Under the pieces are notes generated by a model, which was given only the letters and a program-made list of their open reading frames with translations, was not told where the DNA came from and did no database searches. The translations under genes were made by a program, and so were the position numbers. Below are positions 55,492 through 64,000 of a DNA stretch of 64,000 nt, piece after piece. Position 1 is the first letter of the stretch; each line of letters begins with the position of its first letter. This stretch comes from Steroidobacteraceae bacterium (GTDB lineage Bacteria > Pseudomonadota > Gammaproteobacteria > Steroidobacterales > Steroidobacteraceae): the NCBI GenBank assembly GCA_044866955.1, contig JBIOUH010000106.1, forward strand, positions 22,395 to 86,394, written 5' to 3'.

Positions 55492-57120
55492 CTAGCGGGA
55501 GCCGCCGAACTTCTCCGCAAAGAAATCGCCGGCGTTCCAGCGCGGGGCGCTCGCTGCGTTGGCGGCGTCCAGCAGGATGCGCAGGTCGACGCGCGCCAGG
55601 TCGGCAGCTGTGCCGTAATCGAGCGGCAGGCCCAGGTCGTCGCTCGGCTGATGGTAGTTCGATTCGCGAAATTCCTTCTGCAGGGCGCCGACGTCGAGCC
55701 CCTGCTCGCGTCCCTGGTAGCCGCTCTTCAGCACCAGTGCCGGGATGCCGTGACGAATGAAGGAGAACTGGTCGCTGCGGATGAAGCTGACTTCCTCGGG
55801 CGTCGCATCCGGGCTCAGGCGGTAGCCCTGCGCCGCGGTCGCGCTGCGCGCGAGCGCTCCGAGGCTGGAGTGCTCCGCGCCGATCGCCACGAAATCGCGC
55901 ACCGGCGCGAGCGGCAGCGGCATGTCGATGTTGATGTTCGCGACGATGCGCCGCCCGTCGGCGCGCGGGTGCTGCGCGAAGTAGTCCGACCCGAGCAAGC
56001 CTTTCTCCTCGGCGGTTACCGCTGCGAACAGCACAGTGCGTCGTGGCTTGGTGCTGGAGATGTGCAGCGCTCGCGCCATCTCCAGCATGATCGCTACGCC
56101 GACCGCGTTGTCATGCGCGCCGTTGTAGATCGAATCGCCGTTGACTGCCGAGCCGCGCCCGAGATGATCGAGATGCGCGGTGATCACGATGATCTCGTTT
56201 CTGAGCTCCGGATCGGCGCCGGGCAGCATGCCCAGCACGTTGGTGCTTTCCGTGCGCCGCAGGCCGGTCGTCGCCGACAGCGTCAGCATGCCGGGCAGAC
56301 CGAACCCCTGCGGCTCGCCGGCGTCTGCTTTCGCCATGATGTCGTCGAAGCTCGCGGCGGCGTTCTCGAACAGACGTGCCCCCGCCTCGTGGTTGAAGCG
56401 AAACCGCAGCTTCAATTCCGGAAATGCGCGCTGCGGTTTGCCATCCGGGTCGAGCCAGCGCATCTGCGGCGTCCAGCTCATCGCCACCACGCGCTCCCAC
56501 GGCACGCGCTTTTCGTCCACAGAGGATGCGATCGTGATCGCGCCGACCGCGCCGCGCTCCACCAGCGAGCCCCACTTGCGCTCGCTCCACGAGTAGTAGG
56601 CGCGCTGTGAATCGGGAAACTTGGCCGGCGCTCCGCTGAGGATGACGGCAATGCGGCCCTTGAGATCGACGGTATCGAAGTCCGTGTAGCCGAGCTCAGG
56701 AGCATCGACGCCGTAACCGGCGAACACGAGCGGCGCGGTCAGTGTGGAACTTGCAGAGAGGAAATCGGCCGACGGCAGGTAGTGGGTGCCGTACTCGAAG
56801 CTGAAGGTCTCGTCGTCGCGCACCAGCTTCGCCGAAGAGCCGGGCAGCACCGGCGTCGCTTCCAGCAGCGGCACGGCTTGCAGGAACGTGTCGTTGTCGC
56901 CGGCTGGTGCGAGGCCGGCCTGGCGGAATTGTGCGGCCACGTAGGCTGCAGCGATGTCGTAGCCGCGGGTTGCAGCGGCACGTCCTTCCAGCAGATCGCC
57001 GGCCAGGAATTCGACATGACTGCGGATCGCGTCGGCACGGACGGCGTTGGTGGCAGGAATCTCGGCGGCGCGCGCCATGAATGCGACCGCCACCAGCAAC
57101 AGGGCTGTCAAAGTGCGCAT
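55492..57120 (-). CDS. M28 family aminopeptidase with PA domain
   Basis: Signal peptide; AHLDHLG, NGAHDNA, TAEEKGLLGS, NIDM, RSDQ, YHQPSDD. Confidence 0.92.
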   Translation of the reverse strand: MRTLTALLLVAVAFMARAAEIPATNAVRADAIRSHVEFLAGDLLEGRAAATRGYDIAAAYVAAQFRQAGLAPAGDNDTFLQAVPLLEATPVLPGSSAKLVRDDETFSFEYGTHYLPSADFLSASSTLTAPLVFAGYGVDAPELGYTDFDTVDLKGRIAVILSGAPAKFPDSQRAYYSWSERKWGSLVERGAVGAITIASSVDEKRVPWERVVAMSWTPQMRWLDPDGKPQRAFPELKLRFRFNHEAGARLFENAAASFDDIMAKADAGEPQGFGLPGMLTLSATTGLRRTESTNVLGMLPGADPELRNEIIVITAHLDHLGRGSAVNGDSIYNGAHDNAVGVAIMLEMARALHISSTKPRRTVLFAAVTAEEKGLLGSDYFAQHPRADGRRIVANINIDMPLPLAPVRDFVAIGAEHSSLGALARSATAAQGYRLSPDATPEEVSFIRSDQFSFIRHGIPALVLKSGYQGREQGLDVGALQKEFRESNYHQPSDDLGLPLDYGTAADLARVDLRILLDAANAASAPRWNAGDFFAEKFGGSR

Positions 57121-57226
57121 GGCACTCCGTGATGGAAAGCACGACAGGAGCGGCATTGTAATTCACCGCCGGTTCAGCGCCTGGAACTTAGCTTCGGCCT
57201 GCGGCATCCTGCCGATGGTGTCCGAT

Positions 57227-57760
57227 ATGACTCATCAGTCCGCACGGCCAGTGTGTCAAAGGTGGGTAATTCAGCGCTGGGGCCTCGCCGGCGCCAGCGC
57301 CGTGCTGCTGCTGCAGGGATGCTCAATCGACCCGTACAAGCCGGCGCCACCGCCGCCTTCTTCGTGGCGGACCGCTGCGGCGCCAGTACCTTCGGTCGGC
57401 GACGACATTGCGGTCCGCGCCATCTCGCTCCTGGGCAAGCCCTATGTGTGGGGCGGCGCCGATCTGACCGGCTTCGATTGCAGCGGCCTGGTGCGCTTCA
57501 TCTACGACCAGGTCGGCATTCCGGTGCCGCGCACGGCGGCCGAGCAATTCTCCGCGGCGAAGCCGATCGAGCTCGGCGGATTGAAGCCCGGCGATCTGCT
57601 GTTCTTCCGCACCCGTGGACAGCGCATCTCGCACGTCGCGATCTACACCGGCGAGGGACGCTTCGTGCACGCACCGCGCAGCGGTCAGCCGGTGGAATTC
57701 CGCATGCTCGACGACGAGTACTACCGCTCGCGCCTGGCCGGCGCCGGACGACTCTTCTAG
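57227..57760 (+). CDS. NlpC/P60 (C40) peptidase lipoprotein
   Basis: Lipobox LQGC; GKPYVWGG, FDCSG, PGDLLFF, HVAIY, FVHA. Confidence 0.92.
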   Translation: MTHQSARPVCQRWVIQRWGLAGASAVLLLQGCSIDPYKPAPPPPSSWRTAAAPVPSVGDDIAVRAISLLGKPYVWGGADLTGFDCSGLVRFIYDQVGIPVPRTAAEQFSAAKPIELGGLKPGDLLFFRTRGQRISHVAIYTGEGRFVHAPRSGQPVEFRMLDDEYYRSRLAGAGRLF

Positions 57761-57855
57761 ATCTCTAGTCCTATCGGTCCGTTTAAGCCTTTCGTTCATG
57801 GGAGAGGTCGCGGGCGCGGACTACTCTCGGCGCAGCTCTCTGCGAGCGCCTACCG

Positions 57856-60800
57856 GTGGCCGAAAAAGACGCCAGCGATACCGAGGTCCAGGACGATCGA
57901 TCCAGTCGCGGCTTGCGGCGACTGGGTGGGTTGTTCGCGCTCATCCTGATCCCGGCAGGCATCTACGCGGCCTACGTGCTGGGCCAGATCGAGTACATCC
58001 GCCGCCACGATCTGCGCAGTCTCGAGAGCGCCGCGCAGGCAGTGGAAAGCCTGCTCGAAACCACACGCACCAACGCGCAGTCGCTGCTGGCCCAGCCGAG
58101 CTATGCGTGCACCTTCTTCCAGCGCCAGGCTCTGGCGAAGCTGGTAGCGCCGGACAAGTGCGCCACGCTGGAGAATGCCGCCCCGATTCCGAACGCACCG
58201 CTCAAGCTCGATACGCGCAACGGCAAGGTCGAGATCGTCGGCCCCCTCACCCTGGACGATCAGCCCACCGAGCTGCGCATCGAGATCCCGCTGGCGAAAT
58301 TCCTGGAGCAGATTCCCTTCGGCGCGGCCTTCGATCAGATGCTGATGGTCGACGACTCGGGGCTGCTGCTCGGCACCGCGATCGGCGTGCAGCGCGGCTC
58401 GCCGATGCTGCCGCCGCGAGGCACGGTCAAATCTTCGGCGTTGCCGATGCGCGTGCTGGATATCAACAAGCTGAAGATCGCCGGCGCCGCCAAGGATGCA
58501 GCGCAGACGCTCAAGGATCTCGACGCGGCGACGCTGGTGCAGAAGGTGGAGCTCGGCGGTACGCGCTACACGATCATGTGCCAGCCCTCGCGCGTCAACA
58601 GCACGACTGGCCTCAAGACGTGGCGGCTGTGCGGGCTCGTCGACGGTCAGCGCTCGTTCCGGCAGGCTCTGGAAGTGGCGCCGCAGGTCGTCATGCTCTT
58701 GCTCGTGCTGCTGACGCTCGCGCTCGTCAGTTGGCCGATCCTCAAGATTCTCAGTCTCGCGCCCCGCGAGCGCATCGGCTTTGCCGACCTCTACCTGATG
58801 CTGCTCGCATCGCTGACGCTCGTGATGATCTTCGCCGTCGCCGCGGCGGACATGGGCACCTACGCGCAGCTGCGCGAAAAGTCGCGCGCGCGCCTGGTGA
58901 CGCTGGCAACGCAGATCGAACGCAACCTGACCGCCGAATTCGCGCAGATGTACCAGCAGCTGCGCGACTACGATGCCGCAGTGGCGAAGGATGACGACTT
59001 GCGCAAGTCCTTGTCGGAGGGCAGGTCGCGTCGTGTCAGCTGCATGCTGCTGCCGCCCGAGCAGCGGCAGTCGGACATCACCTGCCTGGGCTCGGGCGTC
59101 GCGCTCGCCATTCCAACGCTGTACGAGCCGCTGGACTCGGTGTTCTGGATGCGGCCCTGCGACGGCATGCAGATCATCAAGGGCACCGTGCGCCGCTCGA
59201 ACACGCCGGCCGTGCCGCTGGCCGCACGCGACTACTTCCAGGCGATCAAGCAGGATCGGCTGTGGCAGTCCGGTTTCGTCGTCGATACCTCGGCCTCGCT
59301 GACTACCGGCGAATTCTTCGCGGCGGTGGCGATGCCCTCACAACTCAGCACGTCCGGCCTGCCGCCGCCGAAGCCCACTTCTGACTGCTCTCCGCCGGAA
59401 AACCAGCGCTTCGGCGTCGCCCTCACCGGTCAACCGGTCGCCGTGCGCTATCCGGTCCTCGCGCCCGGCGTCGGCTTTGCGATCGCCGATCAGGACGGCC
59501 GGGTGATGTTTCATTCCGACGAGCGTCGCGCCGTCGTCGCTGAAAACCTGCTGGCGGACGACGGACTGGCGGATCGCGTGCGCGCCGCGCTGGCGGCGCG
59601 CGGCCGTGCGGACTTCGACGCGCAGTATCAAACGCGTCCGTATCAGGTGCATGTCCAGCCGATGGCTGGCACGCCGTGGTTCGTGATGACGTTTTCGGAT
59701 AACGAGATCCTGCGCACGGTGCACATCGAGCTGCTGGCGCAGACGGGCATCCTGCTAACGCTCTATCTGCTGCTGGCATTCCTCGGCACGCTCATCTACA
59801 TCCTGTTCCGGGGGCGCGCGCCGCCGATCTGGGTGTGGCCGCGGCGCCAGCGGTTGTATCGCCCGCTCTATTGCGGCACGGTCTGGACGCTCGCAGCACA
59901 GTCGATCCTGTTCCTGCTCGCGCTCGACGTGCTGCGCGGTGCGATGCTCGTCGTGGCGAGCATGCTGCTGCCGCTGCCGGCACTGACCACGGTCGTCATG
60001 TCAGCGCGCGCGGCGCTACGCTTGCAAAAGGAACTGCCGGAAGCAGTCGAGAGTCGGCAGCAGCGAATCAATGCGCTGCTGATCGCTGCTGCGGCACTGG
60101 TGCTCGTCGGCGCATTCTTCGCGATGGATCCGGTATCTGCGGGCCAGCTGCGGATCGGGACGGAGACCGGAATACTCGGCGTGCTGCTGATCGTGACCAG
60201 CGTCGCGGCAACGGTGCGCAAATTCACCGCCATCAACGATCCGCTGTGGATGCGCTGGTGGCGCGAGCCGCTCGGGCCGCACATCATCGGGACGACGATC
60301 TTCTGGCTGCTGCTCGGCGCGCTGCCGGCCTACGGCCTCTACAAGTTTGCGCTGGGCATGCAGATGACGCTGGTCGCCAAGAACGAGCAGGCCTATGTCG
60401 GCCGCGTGTTCGCCTGGCGCGATTGTCAGATCCGCAGCGACTTCCGCCAGATCCCGACGCCGGCGAACAACAATGCGACCGTCAATCGTCGCATCGACGC
60501 GGATGCCGACATCTATCTGCCGGCTCTGCTGTCGCGCGACGTCGAAGTGCGGCCGCGCAGTATCGGAACGCGCACGGCCGACGAGCGCACGCTGGGGACG
60601 GCATTCTGGGGATACCTCGAGAACATCGCGCCGGTGTACAACGAGACGACGACCTATTCGCGCTATCTCGAGCCTTTCGTCGACGCGGCCGACGAGAGAT
60701 GGCGCTGGAGCCTGGAGCGCCGCAACGAGCCAAAGCTCGTGTACTCGGCGGGCAAGGCCAGCGCCTGCAACGCCGTGGCGCCGGTGATTGCGAGCCGTCT

Positions 60801-61533
60801 GCCGGTGCGCGAGCCGCAGTTCGGTGCGTTCGGGATACTGCTCGCGCTCGGCTCGCTGTCGCTGCTGTTCGCTTGGGTTTCGTTCGGCACTCGCAAGCTG
60901 TTCTTCGGCGACATCGATGGCGAGACTGCGCCGACGGAGCGCGGGCCTGTGGGCTCGCTGCTGCAGCCGCCGGACCCGGTGTGGGCGAAGGCGGAGCTCG
61001 CGCCGATCGACGCCGATTTCGCCGACGACACGGTCAGGGAATGGGGCGACCCCGGGAAGTATCCGACCCGTCGCGCCGTGCTCGATCGCATCCTCGAACA
61101 GGTGCGGCCGTACTATCAGTCCAAGTGGCAGGCCTGCAGCGCCGCGGAGAAGCTGCTGCTGATCCAGCTGGTCGAGGAGGGCTACGCCAATCCGAAACAG
61201 GATGAGGTCGTGCGCAAACTGCTGCAGGCCGGACTGCTGCGGCTCGATCCGGTGCTGCGTCCGATGAACCAGAGCTTCGCGCTGTTCGTTTCGGCCAACA
61301 CGGAACCCGAGCAGGTGCGCAAGCAGGAGCAGGCGCAGCGCGGCTTGCGCTGGAGCCTGGTGCGCACGCTGCTCATCGCGGCGCTGCTGCTCATCATGGT
61401 GTTCCTGGCGCTGACCCAGCGCGATGTGGTCGAAGTCTGGATCGCGTACCTGGGCACCGCCGGTGCGGGCACGATCGGCGTGTTGAAGCTGCTGAGCCTG
61501 CTCAGCAAGTCCAACGCGCCGAAGTCGGATTAG
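57856..61533 (+). CDS. Large multi-pass membrane protein with two Cache-like extracytoplasmic regions
   Basis: TM-flanked periplasmic regions containing RDYFQ and [15 protein letters not shown] (Cache-like); many TM helices; no kinase or cyclase motifs. Confidence 0.75.
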   Translation: MAEKDASDTEVQDDRSSRGLRRLGGLFALILIPAGIYAAYVLGQIEYIRRHDLRSLESAAQAVESLLETTRTNAQSLLAQPSYACTFFQRQALAKLVAPDKCATLENAAPIPNAPLKLDTRNGKVEIVGPLTLDDQPTELRIEIPLAKFLEQIPFGAAFDQMLMVDDSGLLLGTAIGVQRGSPMLPPRGTVKSSALPMRVLDINKLKIAGAAKDAAQTLKDLDAATLVQKVELGGTRYTIMCQPSRVNSTTGLKTWRLCGLVDGQRSFRQALEVAPQVVMLLLVLLTLALVSWPILKILSLAPRERIGFADLYLMLLASLTLVMIFAVAAADMGTYAQLREKSRARLVTLATQIERNLTAEFAQMYQQLRDYDAAVAKDDDLRKSLSEGRSRRVSCMLLPPEQRQSDITCLGSGVALAIPTLYEPLDSVFWMRPCDGMQIIKGTVRRSNTPAVPLAARDYFQAIKQDRLWQSGFVVDTSASLTTGEFFAAVAMPSQLSTSGLPPPKPTSDCSPPENQRFGVALTGQPVAVRYPVLAPGVGFAIADQDGRVMFHSDERRAVVAENLLADDGLADRVRAALAARGRADFDAQYQTRPYQVHVQPMAGTPWFVMTFSDNEILRTVHIELLAQTGILLTLYLLLAFLGTLIYILFRGRAPPIWVWPRRQRLYRPLYCGTVWTLAAQSILFLLALDVLRGAMLVVASMLLPLPALTTVVMSARAALRLQKELPEAVESRQQRINALLIAAAALVLVGAFFAMDPVSAGQLRIGTETGILGVLLIVTSVAATVRKFTAINDPLWMRWWREPLGPHIIGTTIFWLLLGALPAYGLYKFALGMQMTLVAKNEQAYVGRVFAWRDCQIRSDFRQIPTPANNNATVNRRIDADADIYLPALLSRDVEVRPRSIGTRTADERTLGTAFWGYLENIAPVYNETTTYSRYLEPFVDAADERWRWSLERRNEPKLVYSAGKASACNAVAPVIASRLPVREPQFGAFGILLALGSLSLLFAWVSFGTRKLFFGDIDGETAPTERGPVGSLLQPPDPVWAKAELAPIDADFADDTVREWGDPGKYPTRRAVLDRILEQVRPYYQSKWQACSAAEKLLLIQLVEEGYANPKQDEVVRKLLQAGLLRLDPVLRPMNQSFALFVSANTEPEQVRKQEQAQRGLRWSLVRTLLIAALLLIMVFLALTQRDVVEVWIAYLGTAGAGTIGVLKLLSLLSKSNAPKSD

Positions 61534-63563
61534 CTACTCGCGGCTTTCTTCTTTCTTTTCGCCGCAGGCTTCGGCGCGGGCTCCGACGCAGGCGGCTCGC
61601 CGGCGGGAATCTCACCCGCGGGTCGATTCATGCGCTCGCGCACCAGGCTGTCGACCACCGACGGATCGGCGAGCGTCGACGTGTCGCCGAGCTGGTCGTG
61701 CTCGTTCGCGGCGATCTTGCGCAGGATGCGCCGCATGATCTTGCCGGAGCGGGTCTTCGGCAGACTCGGCGCCCACTGCAGCAAATCCGGCGCAGCGATC
61801 GCACCGATCTCCTTGCGCACCCAGTCGCGCAGCTCGTTGCGCAGCGGTTCGCCCGGCGTCTCGCCGGCGTTGAGGGTGACGTAAGCGTAGATGCCCTGGC
61901 CCTTGATGTCGTGCGGATAGCCGACCACTGCGGCCTCGGCGACTTTCGAATGGGCGACCAGCGCGCTCTCGATCTCGGCGGTGCCGAGGCGATGCCCGGC
62001 GACATTCAGCACGTCATCGACGCGGCCCGTGATCCAGTAGTAGCCGTCCTCGTCGCGCTTCGCACCGTCGCCGGTGAAATAGCGGCCGGGGAAAGTCTTG
62101 AAGTACGTGTCGATGAAGCGCTGATGATCGCCGAACACAGTACGCATCTGGCCCGGCCAGCTGTCGGCGATCACGAGGTTGCCTTCCGCGACGCCTTCGA
62201 GCGTCTTGCCTTCGCCGTCGACGATCGCCGGCTTGACGCCGAAGAACGGCAGCGTCGCCGACCCCGGCTTCTGATCTATCGCGCCCGGCAGCGGGCTGAT
62301 CAGGATGCCGCCGGTCTCCGTCTGCCACCACGTGTCCACGACCGGGCAACGGCCGTCGCCGACGACGCGGTGGTACCACTCCCACGCTTCGGGGTTGATC
62401 GGCTCGCCGACCGAGCCGAGCAGGCGCAGCGAGCGTCGCGACCAGCTCTTGACCGGCGCGTCACCTTCGCGCATCAGCGCGCGGATCGCCGTCGGCGCGG
62501 TGTAGAAGATCGTGACCTTGTGCTTGTCGACGGTCTGCCAGAAGCGGCCGGCGTCCGGATAGTTCGGCACGCCTTCGAACATCAGCGTCGTCGCGCCGTT
62601 CGCGAGCGGTCCGTACACGATGTAGCTGTGTCCAGTCACCCAGCCGACGTCCGCCGTGCACCAGTAGATGTCGTCGTCGCGTAAGTCGAAGATCAGCTCA
62701 TGGGTCATCGACGCATACACCAGGTAACCGCCGGTCGTGTGCAGCACGCCCTTGGGTTTGCCGGTGGAGCCGGACGTGTACAGGATGAACAGCGGATCTT
62801 CCGCATCCATGACCTCGGGCGGACATTCCTTCGGCTGGCCTGCGAGCGTCTCTTCGAATCCACGGTCGCGTCCTTCCTTCATCGGCACCAGCGAGCCGAG
62901 ACGTCGCACCACCAGCACGTGCTTCACGACGTCGCTGCCGGGCGAGGCCAGCGCCGCATCGACATTCGCCTTGAGCGGAATGCGCTTGGCGCCACGCAGA
63001 CCTTCGTCCGCGGTGATCACGACCGTCGAGCCGCAATCGGCGATGCGGCCCGCGAGCGACTCGGGTGAGAAGCCGCCGAACACGACGGAGTGCACGGCGC
63101 CGATGCGCGCGCACGCGAGCATCGCCACCGCCGTTTCCGGAATCATCGGCATGTAGATCGTCACGCGATCGCCCTTGCGCACGCCGAGCGCCTTGAGCGC
63201 GTTCGCGCACTGGCATACGCGCTCGTACAGCTGCCGATAGGTGAGGCGCTCCGACATCCGCGGGTCGTCGCCTTCCCACAGGATCGCGGTCTTGTCGCCG
63301 CGCTTGGTCAGGTGACGATCGAGGCAGTTCGCGGCAACGTTGAGCTTGCCGTCGTAGAACCAGCGGATGCGGAAATCTTTCTGCTCGAAGCTCGTGTCCT
63401 TCACCTTCGAGTACGGCTGCACCCAGTCGAGCCGCCGGCCGATCCGCGACCAGAACGTGTGCGGATCGCGCACCGACTCCTGGTACAGCCGCAGGTAGTC
63501 GGCATGCTTCAGGTGGGCGAGGGCGGCGAAATCTTCCGGGACTTTGTAGACCTTGGAGCTCAT
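61530..63563 (-). CDS. acs: Acetyl-CoA synthetase
   Basis: [48 protein letters not shown]. Confidence 0.97.
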   Translation of the reverse strand: MSSKVYKVPEDFAALAHLKHADYLRLYQESVRDPHTFWSRIGRRLDWVQPYSKVKDTSFEQKDFRIRWFYDGKLNVAANCLDRHLTKRGDKTAILWEGDDPRMSERLTYRQLYERVCQCANALKALGVRKGDRVTIYMPMIPETAVAMLACARIGAVHSVVFGGFSPESLAGRIADCGSTVVITADEGLRGAKRIPLKANVDAALASPGSDVVKHVLVVRRLGSLVPMKEGRDRGFEETLAGQPKECPPEVMDAEDPLFILYTSGSTGKPKGVLHTTGGYLVYASMTHELIFDLRDDDIYWCTADVGWVTGHSYIVYGPLANGATTLMFEGVPNYPDAGRFWQTVDKHKVTIFYTAPTAIRALMREGDAPVKSWSRRSLRLLGSVGEPINPEAWEWYHRVVGDGRCPVVDTWWQTETGGILISPLPGAIDQKPGSATLPFFGVKPAIVDGEGKTLEGVAEGNLVIADSWPGQMRTVFGDHQRFIDTYFKTFPGRYFTGDGAKRDEDGYYWITGRVDDVLNVAGHRLGTAEIESALVAHSKVAEAAVVGYPHDIKGQGIYAYVTLNAGETPGEPLRNELRDWVRKEIGAIAAPDLLQWAPSLPKTRSGKIMRRILRKIAANEHDQLGDTSTLADPSVVDSLVRERMNRPAGEIPAGEPPASEPAPKPAAKRKKKAASS

Positions 63564-63567
63564 GCGA

Positions 63568-63990
63568 TCACAGCGCCTGCAGGGCCTGCTGCACTCGCTC
63601 GGCATGCTGCGCGAGCACGGCTTTGTCGGCCCAGTCGCGATTGTGGGACCGCAGCGGCACGCCTTCGTAGCAGGGAATGATGTGGAAGTGAATGTGAAAC
63701 ACCGTCTGTCCCGCGACGGTCTCGTTGAACTGAATGATGCGCATGCCGCCGGGGTTGAACGCCTGCTGCACGCCGCGCGCGACGTGCTGTGTCGCCTTGA
63801 TCAGCTCAGCGAGCGCGGCGGGCTCGATGTCGAAGAAATTGCGCGCCCGTGCTTTCGGCACGACGAGCGTGTGCCCGTCGGACTGCGGCATCGCGTCCAT
63901 GAACGCCACTGCGCGCTCGTCCTCGAACACTTTGAAAGCCGGCATCTCGCCGCGAATGATCTTCGCGAAGATGTTGTTGTCGTCGTACAT
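63568..63990 (-). CDS. HIT family nucleotide hydrolase
   Basis: [29 protein letters not shown] histidine triad. Confidence 0.95.
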   Translation of the reverse strand: MYDDNNIFAKIIRGEMPAFKVFEDERAVAFMDAMPQSDGHTLVVPKARARNFFDIEPAALAELIKATQHVARGVQQAFNPGGMRIIQFNETVAGQTVFHIHFHIIPCYEGVPLRSHNRDWADKAVLAQHAERVQQALQAL

Positions 63991-64000
63991 GTCAGATCCC

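Overview
This is a high-GC bacterial window with about 55 protein-coding genes. Gene content and order suggest a soil gammaproteobacterium, possibly Steroidobacteraceae-like, but that is inference only. I found no rRNA, tRNA, CRISPR array, transposase or integrase. The left half is dominated by secreted hydrolases (DUF885, CocE/NonD, S9, M28, S8, M20, an MBL-fold protein, a Tat-type class A beta-lactamase, PBP7), an RND pump and MATE/VIT transporters. It also holds a decayed tandem copy of the S9 peptidase. The main feature is a contiguous minus-strand run at 41.1-49.7 kb that joins two different RiPP systems. One is a bufferin-type MNIO cluster (6-Cys secreted precursor, DUF692, DUF2063). It is coupled through maiA to a split borosin cluster (SonM-like alpha-N-methyltransferase, GNAT, an 88-aa SonA-like precursor with a Cys-Cys core and acidic tail), which is followed by two diguanylate cyclases. 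Other notable items are an ECF sigma/anti-sigma locus with two back-to-back GGAACC-N16-CGTGT promoters, a Pro/His tandem-repeat protein, a TPR/beta-barrel protein, a stress-type two-component cluster with related promoter motifs, composite GTAG-type REP elements that supply stop codons, and two large uncharacterised membrane proteins. All family calls come from motif recognition by eye; no database search was run.
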